From IMG/VR virus record IMGVR_UViG_3300042863_002274: a stretch of 64,000 bases of DNA; one strand, 5' to 3'. This DNA comes from a virus. The notes under the pieces are model-generated. The model saw nothing but the letters and a program-made list of their open reading frames with translations, had not been told where the DNA came from and made no database searches. This document shows, piece by piece, positions 19,189 to 28,373 of the stretch. Made by a program: the position numbers and the translations under genes. Each line of letters opens with the position of its first letter. Within the stretch, counting starts at the first letter, position 1.

Positions 19189-19200
19189 AAATTTATCTTT

Positions 19201-19977
19201 TTACTTATTTTTTCCGGCTCTTTGGACTGTTGTTTTTGTTTTCGCCTGACCACTTTTGGCTCTTGTTGCGCTCGCAGGTGTTTTGGGTCCTGAAACTTTT
19301 TTCTTACGTTGCTCTGCTCTTTGCTGAGACCTCGCCAATCGAGGACGGATACCTATTCCTGGCTTCGTGACGGCAGAGTCTCCTCTTACTCGGTTCATCA
19401 AGTCGGAACTAGCCGCTCCCCGTGCCGTGTCTTTCTTGCCGCCTCTTGCTTTAGTAATTTGCAGCCCGTCGACTCTATCTTTAAAGTTTGACGAATTGAT
19501 TCCGCCTTTCTTTATCGACCTTTTGCCTATCTCCACTCCGTTCCTGTTCAAACGCTTGGTTGCTTTTGCTTCAAGCTCACGGAATCTCTTCGAGCGAGTA
19601 CGTCCTTCGTAGTAAGTTCCTTCTGCAGGCTTCGTTCTACTGCCACGACTGTTTCTGCCAGTAGACCTGTCCAGCAACTCTTCTGCTACAGACTTCGTCA
19701 TCGACGAACCGTCTCGAGAGTCTTTTGCTCGTCGACTTAATGCCTTGGAGCCACCGTATCGTGCCATCTCAGCCATTTCGCCAAGTTTACCTTTATCGAA
19801 ATTTGCTTTACTGACACCAAAAACTTTATTAGCCAATTCTGCAGCATTTGCCAGGGTTGTTCGTTCTCCAGCGTTCGGTTTTTTCCCTAAACGAATGTTG
19901 GCTTGAATTTCCTTAACCTTGTCAACAAAGTAGGCCGCATCGTCGGATATGTCTGGGCCGTAACGTACTCCTGGCAT
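19201..19977 (-). CDS. Highly basic hypothetical protein
   Basis: 258 aa, K/R-rich; AAGGA RBS. Confidence 0.7.
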   Translation of the reverse strand: MPGVRYGPDISDDAAYFVDKVKEIQANIRLGKKPNAGERTTLANAAELANKVFGVSKANFDKGKLGEMAEMARYGGSKALSRRAKDSRDGSSMTKSVAEELLDRSTGRNSRGSRTKPAEGTYYEGRTRSKRFRELEAKATKRLNRNGVEIGKRSIKKGGINSSNFKDRVDGLQITKARGGKKDTARGAASSDLMNRVRGDSAVTKPGIGIRPRLARSQQRAEQRKKKVSGPKTPASATRAKSGQAKTKTTVQRAGKNK

Positions 19978-20021
19978 AATGTTCCTTACTTAAAGTCTTT
20001 TTACAAATATACCAGAAATAT

Positions 20022-20579
20022 TTATCTGTCAGGATTGGGGGGTCTTTCGATAGAGACCGTAGATGACTCTAGTGAGCCAGGCGGAGCCTCAATAGGAATC
20101 CATGCTCTGGCGTAATTGTGCTCTTTAATTTTTCTCACTTTATAGAGACTTCCGTCAAGCATTAGAGAGAGTTCTTCCGAACGCATGCAAAGCATGTCTT
20201 CAAAATCTGAAATACCGTATTTACCAGAACGTCTAAGTGTTCGGATTATGTCTGATGTTTTAGGAGCCAACACATGGGAGTGTCCCCTATTGAGCCGAAG
20301 GTGCATCATCATGGCGTCCATTTTGTCAACGTCGTGGTACACGACCGGTATTTTTCCATCGCTCATAGCAAGAATTTGCGGAATATTTGTTGCCAGCAAG
20401 TATCTTTCCGAGCCGTCGATTATTTCCCCAGTGGCAAGCCTGACGTGTATCGGCTGAATGAAGCCAAACTGAGACAAGGAGGCAGAGATAACAAGCATCT
20501 CTGGACGCAGGGTGTAGGTAGCTTTCCATTCAGGAACAGAAAGCAGGGACGGTTCAACGTATTCGATTTTAATATTCAT
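20022..20579 (-). CDS. ParB/Srx-domain protein (IbrB-like)
   Basis: FGFIQPIHV...IIDGSERY and HLRLNRGH; overlaps the PAPS-reductase-like gene. Confidence 0.8.
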   Translation of the reverse strand: MNIKIEYVEPSLLSVPEWKATYTLRPEMLVISASLSQFGFIQPIHVRLATGEIIDGSERYLLATNIPQILAMSDGKIPVVYHDVDKMDAMMMHLRLNRGHSHVLAPKTSDIIRTLRRSGKYGISDFEDMLCMRSEELSLMLDGSLYKVRKIKEHNYARAWIPIEAPPGSLESSTVSIERPPNPDR

Positions 20580-21708
20580 AGATATCTGCTCTTTCTAGTT
20601 CTAGCGCTCGCACAGCATGAGCGCGAGTTTTGGGACCCACAGGGGTCGGTGAATTAACGTCAATATCATTAAGCATTAAGTTTCTTATCAACCAGCTGAC
20701 TGGATATCCATGAGGGTCACCAAGATGTTTTTTTCTAAATTTTGAAACATAAACACGAGCCTCCGTCTTTCGCCTATCACCTATCAGGTACTTGTCGATA
20801 AACGCAGACGCCCCATCAAATCCTCTTCGCGCATAACTTTCTATGAGTTTTTCTGAATCGAAATCAGCCCATAAGCGTCTTTGAGCGTCTATGTAAGGAA
20901 AGCAATCAAACAGTCTGTCATAAAATTCCGGTTCAGTAGCAACCACATCACCTATTCTGCGAATTGCCGTAGCATGAAGTGGAATACCGACCCTCGTATT
21001 GCTCCCTGTGGTTACGGCCAGGTCGTAGTACTCGCAATACTCAGCGTCATGCTCTTCAATAATGAACTTAAATACATCATTTGTATTCCAGTCATATATT
21101 ATTTTTGCAAACTTTAACGGGATTCCCTTTTTCAACTTATATGGGATATTGATGTAGTTCTCATGAAGCTTTTGAACCACGGAGCGATAACGAACCATTG
21201 ATTCACTGGCTCTAACACCAGTCAGGAAAGCTACGTTCCCCCTTTTTCCCTGCATTGTGTAATAGTCCGTCTGTTCAGGAAGAGAAACTTCATGAGTTAA
21301 ACCAAAATGCTTACCACTAATAGCCCATGGAGGCATCGGCCTAACCCATCTATCTTGTTCGAATCTTTGCTGGCTCCACAAAATAGTAGTAAGCCTATGA
21401 CCCAAAAACCATATCTCTGCAGGATAAGGAAGGCAGTACCACTCCATATCCACCCAGTCGTAGTTGCGAACCTTTTCCACGTACTTTACGACAGTGGGAC
21501 TGACCATCTCTTCGTCTCGAAAGATTACCTTTACCGGACCAAGGCCTCGCTCTTCATGTATTTCTTTTGCTAGATACAGAATCGCAGTGGAGTCTTTCCC
21601 TCCAGAGAACTGTACGCAGACAGTGTCGAAAGTGTCGTAGACGTGCCGTATTCTCTGTCTTGCAGCGTCAACGCAGGACATATCAAGAAATAGGCGCTGA
21701 CGAGTCAT
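20569..21708 (-). CDS. PAPS reductase-family protein (IbrA-like)
   Basis: FSGGKDS PP-loop, GVRASES..R and IYDWNTNDVF. Confidence 0.88.
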   Translation of the reverse strand: MTRQRLFLDMSCVDAARQRIRHVYDTFDTVCVQFSGGKDSTAILYLAKEIHEERGLGPVKVIFRDEEMVSPTVVKYVEKVRNYDWVDMEWYCLPYPAEIWFLGHRLTTILWSQQRFEQDRWVRPMPPWAISGKHFGLTHEVSLPEQTDYYTMQGKRGNVAFLTGVRASESMVRYRSVVQKLHENYINIPYKLKKGIPLKFAKIIYDWNTNDVFKFIIEEHDAEYCEYYDLAVTTGSNTRVGIPLHATAIRRIGDVVATEPEFYDRLFDCFPYIDAQRRLWADFDSEKLIESYARRGFDGASAFIDKYLIGDRRKTEARVYVSKFRKKHLGDPHGYPVSWLIRNLMLNDIDVNSPTPVGPKTRAHAVRALELERADIYEY

Positions 21709-21912
21709 TTAGTATCTTGCGATTTGAGTGAGGCGTGATACCTCGGCACGAAGCTCGTTGTTCTCGCGCATCATGTTTTCGGCTACGCCTTTCCAGTACG
21801 TGGCCTCAGAGATGCGAGTATCGAGCGCCTCCAAAACTTCAGCGCACTCAGCCGGCGATACTTTTCCTTTGCCGAGAAGGTATCTGCATTTTTGTTCTAT
21901 GGTCTGTTCCAT
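21709..21912 (-). CDS. Hypothetical small protein
   Basis: 67 aa, fits tightly between flanking genes. Confidence 0.6.
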   Translation of the reverse strand: MEQTIEQKCRYLLGKGKVSPAECAEVLEALDTRISEATYWKGVAENMMRENNELRAEVSRLTQIARY

Positions 21913-21920
21913 TGGTAATC

Positions 21921-22784
21921 CTATATTTCTATGTGTTGGTCTATGAAGTCGATTAGTTTTTCAGCCATTGTTACGCCAGCAATAGCTGGGTCAGCCTTGA
22001 GCCATTTCATGAATTCATACCATCGTGCTTGTTGGTCTGTATTGTCAAACACGATTGTGTACTGAACAACAGCTCTTGGTGCGGACCCAGGGGCTATTGT
22101 TGTTGAGCCCCTAATGACAGCATCGTTTTGATTCATGCCTGGCATTATGTCGATTCTTTGTTTCCCGTCTCCTGTTTGGGTTACCGAAACAACATTTCTG
22201 TCCATTTCTGGTGCGTCCTTAACTGGAACATCTTCATCAGAATCTTCATAGTCGGAAAACTTGTCAAGTCGAGAACTGAATCCGTTCCCGTAGTCGGAAT
22301 TAATTACAGGGGCCATAAATCCTGCTCCGGGCTCAATAACCCGATTGTCTTCTCTGATAAAGCGTTGTTCGATTTCGGCTGTTGAGAATTCATCCCAACC
22401 CAGTCCGGTTAAAAGTTCTGGATAGAAGTCGACCATTTCTAAAACAAACTCTTCAAGAAGTTCTGGCTCGGTGTATCCGAGTTCCATTGTTCGGTTGTCA
22501 GCGATAGCAAAAGCCATAGCCCTAGTGTCATCAACGTCATACTGGACAGCGGCTATTTTGTCCCACCCAAGCAGTTTTGCTGCTTCTAGCTGATGGTTAC
22601 CAGCTATTACGGTTGCTGTACCGTCCTTGTTGGGTCTTATCACTATTGGCTTAATTTGACCGAACTCGGCGTACGAAGCCATAATCGCATTAACGTCTCC
22701 TCTGCGTGGATTGTTATGAAGGGACTCTAGAAGATTTATATCAAAAGCTAGAGAAGTTAAGGATTCGTGTATTCCATTAGCCAT
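21921..22784 (-). CDS. ParB N-terminal domain protein
   Basis: NNPRRGD, FGQIKPIVI, VIAGNHQLEAAKLLGW and IADNRT. Confidence 0.88.
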   Translation of the reverse strand: MANGIHESLTSLAFDINLLESLHNNPRRGDVNAIMASYAEFGQIKPIVIRPNKDGTATVIAGNHQLEAAKLLGWDKIAAVQYDVDDTRAMAFAIADNRTMELGYTEPELLEEFVLEMVDFYPELLTGLGWDEFSTAEIEQRFIREDNRVIEPGAGFMAPVINSDYGNGFSSRLDKFSDYEDSDEDVPVKDAPEMDRNVVSVTQTGDGKQRIDIMPGMNQNDAVIRGSTTIAPGSAPRAVVQYTIVFDNTDQQARWYEFMKWLKADPAIAGVTMAEKLIDFIDQHIEI

Positions 22785-22786
22785 GC

Positions 22787-23134
22787 TTATACCTGAGACC
22801 TTACGTTAGCGTTAAGCGTTCTTATTGCATCCATTGATGCACGAACGGAGAACAGTTTTTCTCTTTTAGATTTAACCAGAGCCTCGGCACACTTGTATTC
22901 AAAATGCTCTTGGTCTAATTTGTAATCAGCCCATGCTTCGCGCTCTTTGATTGAACCCTTAGCTGACAGGTATTCTCGTGCCCAGTTAGCTTTGTAAAAA
23001 GCTTCCTTTTTGGCCATGTCCATGGACAGAGATTCAAACTGTTCTGTTTCCTCTTCCAAAGAGTCCATTAAACGAATCAATTCTTGTTCAATGTCAACTT
23101 GGCTTATTGGGGAATTTCTCATATTTTTATTCAC
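22787..23134 (-). CDS. Hypothetical coiled-coil protein
   Basis: 115 aa, helical, in the recombination operon. Confidence 0.65.
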   Translation of the reverse strand: MNKNMRNSPISQVDIEQELIRLMDSLEEETEQFESLSMDMAKKEAFYKANWAREYLSAKGSIKEREAWADYKLDQEHFEYKCAEALVKSKREKLFSVRASMDAIRTLNANVRSQV

Positions 23135-23136
23135 AC

Positions 23137-23652
23137 CTATTCTTCTAGTGGAGACCAGTCTACTTTGTCAAGTGCAGAAAGTTGCTCTTTTGTCCAGTCC
23201 CATTGTGAATCTATTCCTAGGCGAACCATACCCATTCGTTCAAGAACCCACGCATCACATTCGTCATTGCCGGAGGCTCCACTGAAGATGATTCCAGTCT
23301 TTGCTGAGATGGCAGAAATGACTTCTCCCTTTGATGCATTTCCTCTTCCAGTTGCAAACTTTGCACGACAGGTGGGCGGGATTTCAACAATAGGAATATT
23401 GCATTCAAACAGCGTCATCCGGATGCAACCACCGAGTTCGCCAATACTGAATGCTTGTCCACTTCGGGAAGCAAACGAGTAACCCTCAATCAGAACGCAA
23501 GCAATTTCGTTTTCCAAGCACTGATGCAATACTTCCTTCGTAACATCAGACAAACGCTCCGCACCTCGTGTCTTGGGACGGATAACACTAGTCGTTCCGT
23601 TCATAGATATGCCCGTGGATGTCAGGGAGAGGTCGAGACCCATGAGGCGCAT
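23137..23652 (-). CDS. ruvC: RuvC-like Holliday junction resolvase
   Basis: GLDLSLTSTG, LIEG, KFATGRGNASK and NDECDA; start MRLMG at 23652. Confidence 0.88.
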   Translation of the reverse strand: MRLMGLDLSLTSTGISMNGTTSVIRPKTRGAERLSDVTKEVLHQCLENEIACVLIEGYSFASRSGQAFSIGELGGCIRMTLFECNIPIVEIPPTCRAKFATGRGNASKGEVISAISAKTGIIFSGASGNDECDAWVLERMGMVRLGIDSQWDWTKEQLSALDKVDWSPLEE

Positions 23653-23670
23653 AATAAATCTGACTATAGC

Positions 23671-23718
23671 AAAGAAATACAAAGGCAGGCAGTCGCGTTA
23701 TTGCCGCGCCAGCCTGCC
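23671..23718 (-). terminator. Putative intrinsic terminator
   Basis: GGCAGGC...GCCTGCC hairpin followed by TTTGTATTT on the minus strand. Confidence 0.5.
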
Positions 23719-23773
23719 CATGTACCTATAATGTCCCCAGGTAGCGATTCTAAGGAGTGATTAAATAATACAT

Positions 23774-24142
23774 TCATTCCCATGAATGTTTTGCTAGTCC
23801 TAAGGAAAAAGCTAAAGAAGGCTCTTCACCAATCCTGGTATGACACGCTCTGCAGACTGTTACCAAGTTTTCTTCGTCAAGTATTGACCCGCCTTGAGAC
23901 CTTCTTATTAGCTCATGCACATCAACGCTGTTTTTGTGAATAAATGTTGTCAAGCCGTCATGTTTGGCAAAAACTGGACACGCAAAGCAAAGAGGAAACT
24001 CGGCAAGCATAGAAGAAACTATTTTGCGTCTCTCAACATAAACCTGTTCCGTTTTTTTGCTTCTTTTTGGGATTGGTTTAGTCCCTCGGTTTAGTGAGGT
24101 TCGTTTTAACGGTGTTCGCTTTAGTGGTTTCCTTGGCTTCAT
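23774..24142 (-). CDS. HNH endonuclease
   Basis: CFAC...DVHE..RRSQGG...NLVTVCRACH. Confidence 0.85.
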   Translation of the reverse strand: MKPRKPLKRTPLKRTSLNRGTKPIPKRSKKTEQVYVERRKIVSSMLAEFPLCFACPVFAKHDGLTTFIHKNSVDVHELIRRSQGGSILDEENLVTVCRACHTRIGEEPSLAFSLGLAKHSWE

Positions 24143-24162
24143 CTAAGCTAAAGAATACAGCA

Positions 24163-24678
24163 CTAGAGGTTGTCGTTGTTTATAGAATCAAAAGTCCACT
24201 TACTGTCAAGGCATTCCCACAAAGAACGGTCAATTGCCGTATCTTCCAGGTCAAAGTCTCTCATTAGTGTTCTGTGAGCAATGATTGCTCTTCTATAGAA
24301 ATCGACTTCCTTCCACCCGTCTTCTAGGGTGGATTCGCCAGTCTCAATCATTACGCAGACTTCGTCAAGCCGACGGTCAACGTGGTACTTAAACCTGTTT
24401 ATTCGTGTTGCTTTTTCATTGTAATAGCGCTGTGTTTCGTCGTTAAGTTTTTTAAACTTGAAGTCCAGCGACGAGTATCGTTTCTGGTCAGATTCACTAT
24501 CTGCCTCAATACTCTCTATTTGTCTTTGAAGGTTTTCGGATAGGGCGAGCAAGGCTCTTTTCCATCTATCCCAGTTTTCGACCAGCCTGAGCTCCGCGCG
24601 CTCCAAAGGGTTAACTTTGTTTTTTACCTCTTCGGCGACCATGCGAGCAAAAGTGTCATCATTCCATCTTGAGTTCAT
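24163..24678 (-). CDS. Hypothetical protein
   Basis: 171-aa ORF in operon. Confidence 0.7.
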   Translation of the reverse strand: MNSRWNDDTFARMVAEEVKNKVNPLERAELRLVENWDRWKRALLALSENLQRQIESIEADSESDQKRYSSLDFKFKKLNDETQRYYNEKATRINRFKYHVDRRLDEVCVMIETGESTLEDGWKEVDFYRRAIIAHRTLMRDFDLEDTAIDRSLWECLDSKWTFDSINNDNL

Positions 24679-24690
24679 ATATTTTTTGGG

Positions 24691-25470
24691 TCACTGCCAC
24701 GCAGGGCATATTTTCTTAAATCCACACCAGTTACATAGAATGGTTTTGTTGGGTTCAAAATATCCATTCTTGCAGCGCTCTTCTATGCCTGCTCTTACTT
24801 CTGCAATCACTGAAGCAACTTTCTGCACATCTTCTGCGGTTACTTCTTTTGCGAACCTAACCCCATCTTTTAGGTATAGAAGCTCTATCTCAAACTTCTT
24901 GGCCTCTATGCCGAGGCTTTTGAGGAGCTGAGTATAGATAATTAGCTGAAAATACTTATCTTCAATGTAATTCTTTTTTGGTGTTTTGCCTGTTTTGTAA
25001 TCAGAAACTTTTGCGGTATCACCATCTAGATGTAGACGGTCTATGAATCCATGAAGTTTGATTCCGGATATCTCGCCTTCCACATGCTCTTCAATACCCC
25101 ATGGCTCAACCTCTTGCGGCTGCTCCAGCATCCAGAGGTTTTCAACACACCACCAAGCAGACCACCTAAAGAGACGCAGTTCTTTTTCCCCACGGATTAA
25201 CGTGGTAACTTCTGCTTCCCATTTTGCAGCCCATAAATCTCGCGCCAGTTGGCGAGCGGTTTCTTGGGTTCTTTGTTCGGAAGGAAGAGCGTACATTGTT
25301 TCTAGGATTTCATGAACAAAGTTGCCAAGCATTGTTGCTTCTGTCGGAGAATCCCTAAGTCCATCAATCTTGCTGTACTTAAACTTCATAGGACATTGCT
25401 GGAATGTAGATATTGAAGAAGGGGAAAGCAGTTCTGGGGCCTGCATGAGCCCGTCTTGGTCAGTTGTCAT
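24691..25470 (-). CDS. RecB/Cas4-like PD-(D/E)XK exonuclease
   Basis: LSPSSISTFQQCP, GNFVH, GFIDRL, DYKTG, QLIIY and C-terminal CNWC...C; start MTTDQ at 25470. Confidence 0.9.
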   Translation of the reverse strand: MTTDQDGLMQAPELLSPSSISTFQQCPMKFKYSKIDGLRDSPTEATMLGNFVHEILETMYALPSEQRTQETARQLARDLWAAKWEAEVTTLIRGEKELRLFRWSAWWCVENLWMLEQPQEVEPWGIEEHVEGEISGIKLHGFIDRLHLDGDTAKVSDYKTGKTPKKNYIEDKYFQLIIYTQLLKSLGIEAKKFEIELLYLKDGVRFAKEVTAEDVQKVASVIAEVRAGIEERCKNGYFEPNKTILCNWCGFKKICPAWQ

Positions 25471-26152
25471 CTGTTTTTGCAACAAGAGTTGCACCAAACG
25501 ATAAACGCATTGCCTCAACAACGAGGGTGTCAATGTCTTCTTCAGTTACGGTTGCGCGAGTTGGCTTTGCTTTTCCATTTGAATGACTGGTCCAAAAAGC
25601 GTTCAATGAGTCTTTTTGCTCTTGCGTCAGTGTTTTTGCAACTGAAACAAAGTTGGTCCATTTTTCATCAATCTCTGATGGTGCTTCTGCCTGTGGCGCT
25701 GGCATAGACGATGCGTATTCGGCGTCTAAGGCGTCTGCAGAGCGTGCGAGGTATAGGCCGACACCCAATAGCTGAGCAGCCTTTTTAAGAGCATCAGAGA
25801 CAGCACCTTTAAAGTCGTTTCCGAGGTCAAGTGGCTTATTGTCTTTCTTCTGACGCTTCACTGAGGAACCACCGAAACCGTGCTTAATGACGGTTAAATC
25901 ACCTATGGTGGCAGTTAACGATACGTGAGCAACAATCTCATCCGTATCTACATCGTCACGGCGAACGGAAACGATTTCAAACGACCAGTTGTCAACGCCC
26001 AAAACTTTGTTAAGACGATTAATGACTTCACTTATCGGAAGATAGATGAGCGAAATTCCACCCTTGATTCTTGTGCGTTCCATTTCTTCCGAGAAAGGCT
26101 CTGCTAAAAGACGCGAAATGTTTTCAGAGTTATTGATATTGATAGACGACAC
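25460..26152 (-). CDS. Rad52/Sak-family single-strand annealing protein
   Basis: VINRLNKVLGVDNWSF and KGAVSDALKKAAQLLGVGLYL. Confidence 0.9.
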   Translation of the reverse strand: MSSININNSENISRLLAEPFSEEMERTRIKGGISLIYLPISEVINRLNKVLGVDNWSFEIVSVRRDDVDTDEIVAHVSLTATIGDLTVIKHGFGGSSVKRQKKDNKPLDLGNDFKGAVSDALKKAAQLLGVGLYLARSADALDAEYASSMPAPQAEAPSEIDEKWTNFVSVAKTLTQEQKDSLNAFWTSHSNGKAKPTRATVTEEDIDTLVVEAMRLSFGATLVAKTDDN

Positions 26153-26180
26153 GTAGGTCTCCTTGTTTAGTTAATTATGT

Positions 26181-26678
26181 TTATGTATTTTTAGGTTTGC
26201 GAACGATAATGCTTGTTTTAAGTTCGCCAGTCTCACTGAAGTTATCAGCATTTAGACCAATTTTGTTTAGCTCTTTAATTCTCCAGTACGAAGGAGCACA
26301 GTAGGAAAGCATTTCCTCTGCTATTTCTTTTGGAGACTTTGTTACTTCTCCGGTATCCATGTCGATAGACATTTTTACAAGACGTTCTGCGACGGCCGAG
26401 CCAAGCTCCAAGTGCTTCCAGCCTTTTCTGTCGTAGGCTGATTTTTTCTCAATAGTAGTACCGTCAGAGAGGGACAAGATTTCTACTGAACCCATGATTT
26501 CAGACAGAGCGTGTGCAAAGGAATCATAGACGAGCGCCACGTCTTTTTTTAAAAGATTCAACTCTGCGAGTCCTTGGCCGGCATCTTCAGGTGAAGGCTC
26601 CCCCGATATAAATAAAGATAATTCTTTGTCAAGGTTGACCAAAGAAGAGCGGAGCTCTTGGATTTTTTCCAAGCTCAT
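26181..26678 (-). CDS. Hypothetical protein
   Basis: 165 aa with GAGG RBS. Confidence 0.7.
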   Translation of the reverse strand: MSLEKIQELRSSLVNLDKELSLFISGEPSPEDAGQGLAELNLLKKDVALVYDSFAHALSEIMGSVEILSLSDGTTIEKKSAYDRKGWKHLELGSAVAERLVKMSIDMDTGEVTKSPKEIAEEMLSYCAPSYWRIKELNKIGLNADNFSETGELKTSIIVRKPKNT

Positions 26679-26714
26679 TACTAGTACCTCATTTAAGTTT
26701 AGATAGGTGATTTA

Positions 26715-28028
26715 CTAGATGAGTATAGAAGCTCGTTTGCGTTGTGGCAACCCCAGGCCGGTTAGATACGTAAATGCTCCAACTGCAGAGTCTATTTGGT
26801 CGTCATGGTTTGAGGCTTCCGGGAATGAAGAAAATTCATCCAACCAATCTGTCAACCACGAAGCACGAACTAGTCTCACGTTCCCGTTTGAAGCGGCAGC
26901 AGCAAAAGGTCTAGCTCTCGTGACTTTGTCCCCTGTTGGACGCATTGCCCCGAAGTCGTACCCAGGAATCACGTATCTGGCGTACTGGTCAACCAAGGCC
27001 TTGCCTGAAGAACCGGGCTCCTGCTCCATTCTGATGGCAACACCAAAACCGTCTTCTTCTGCCGTCTTGGCGATGAGTTGCTCCACCTTTTCACCCCTGA
27101 CTCTGGCCTTTTTTACGTCAAGAACATAGGCCACGCCGCCGTCAAACATCATGAGAGTTCCTACGGTCCAGTCAGGGTCCGGATATCCAGCATGTGGCTC
27201 CGTTGCGGCAAGGTCCCAGAACCGAACCACCCTGGCCGAGTTGGTTATGACGGGTATCTCTTCTGGGTCAATAACAAGAAAGGCCTCGCGCTGAAAGAGG
27301 CTACCAAGGGTCGTTGACCACCAGTCTCCTTCTTCTAGGCGTCGTCTTTCAACAGGGTCCAGCTCTGAAAGGGCCTGACGGTACGAAACGGCGTCAATTC
27401 CAGGGTTATCCTTAAGCGTAGATGGCACGAATACGCGCCCGGTCTCTTTGCCTTCCACGATAAACCTCTGTCGCACCCAGTTGGGGGCTGGGTTGGATGC
27501 AGCCCTCATTCTTAGTGGAACCTGAGATATTGGACCGCTGGCAGGTCGACGAAGACGGGAGAAGAGGTATCTATAGTCAGATTCTCTAATTTCGGTAACT
27601 TCGTCCATTCCTATGAACTGGAATTCCGAACCCTTGTATCGCAGGTAGTCGTTTACGTTGTTTAGGTAACCGAAGGAGATACGAGCCCCAGATGGGAAGG
27701 TGGCAACGAAAGTATTGTTGTTCCAGTGAACGTCATCATAGTTGCTCATCCACGCCCTGAATCGGTCCATCAAGGCTCCAGGCAAGGAAAGGTCAGCAAA
27801 CGTTCTACGACAGAGAAGGGCTGAATAGCCAGGAACGTCTACATACTGCAGTGCCGCCATCAGAAGGGCTGAGGACTTTCCTCCTCCGGCCGCACCTCCA
27901 AATAATGCCTCTATAGAATTGGTTCTTAAAAATACTTTTTGGTTAATAGAGGGTTCTTCTGGACAGAATGGTGGCAGCTTTGGGCTCAGGTACTCAAGTA
28001 CTTCATCCCAGTTAGATTTTGTAGCCAT
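26715..28028 (-). CDS. terL: Terminase large subunit
   Basis: Walker A GGAAGGGKS, Walker B IGMDE, ASNP, WDLA and HDDQID nuclease motifs. Confidence 0.95.
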   Translation of the reverse strand: MATKSNWDEVLEYLSPKLPPFCPEEPSINQKVFLRTNSIEALFGGAAGGGKSSALLMAALQYVDVPGYSALLCRRTFADLSLPGALMDRFRAWMSNYDDVHWNNNTFVATFPSGARISFGYLNNVNDYLRYKGSEFQFIGMDEVTEIRESDYRYLFSRLRRPASGPISQVPLRMRAASNPAPNWVRQRFIVEGKETGRVFVPSTLKDNPGIDAVSYRQALSELDPVERRRLEEGDWWSTTLGSLFQREAFLVIDPEEIPVITNSARVVRFWDLAATEPHAGYPDPDWTVGTLMMFDGGVAYVLDVKKARVRGEKVEQLIAKTAEEDGFGVAIRMEQEPGSSGKALVDQYARYVIPGYDFGAMRPTGDKVTRARPFAAAASNGNVRLVRASWLTDWLDEFSSFPEASNHDDQIDSAVGAFTYLTGLGLPQRKRASILI

Positions 28029-28099
28029 GAGATATATATTGACCAATCAATTAAAGCCCTTAGTGCATTTGGGGCAATTTGTGCGCTACTGTATGTTAC

Positions 28100-28366
28100 A
28101 TGCCCCCAGCGTCATCGAACACAAAGACCAGAAGAGCCAAGCTAATAAAAAGAGTAAAAACAAAAGGCTCTAGCTTTGTAAGAATTATTAAAGCGCCATT
28201 TGTATTCGCCGCTAGACAAGTCAATAGACCAAGGTCCGCAAATGTACTGATGTTTTGCTTTATACTGTTTACTAGTATTGGAGCAGGAATGATATTCATG
28301 CCTGCCGGTTGGGTGGTTGCCGGTGTCGGCTGTGGAATTTTTGGCTTTCTTTTGGGACTTGAGTAG
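28100..28366 (+). CDS. Small membrane protein upstream of portal
   Basis: Two hydrophobic segments at C-terminus; TACTGT-N7-ATG at 28100. Confidence 0.6.
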   Translation: MPPASSNTKTRRAKLIKRVKTKGSSFVRIIKAPFVFAARQVNRPRSANVLMFCFILFTSIGAGMIFMPAGWVVAGVGCGIFGFLLGLE

Positions 28367-28373
28367 GTAATAG

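Noticed and set aside
20569-21708. cysH as an auxiliary sulfur-assimilation gene
   Set aside because: Length, motifs and pairing with ParB fit the IbrA-like branch better than metabolic CysH
24691-25470. Cas4-like nuclease as evidence of CRISPR-Cas
   Set aside because: No repeat-spacer array or other cas genes seen; its Sak/RuvC context indicates a recombination exonuclease
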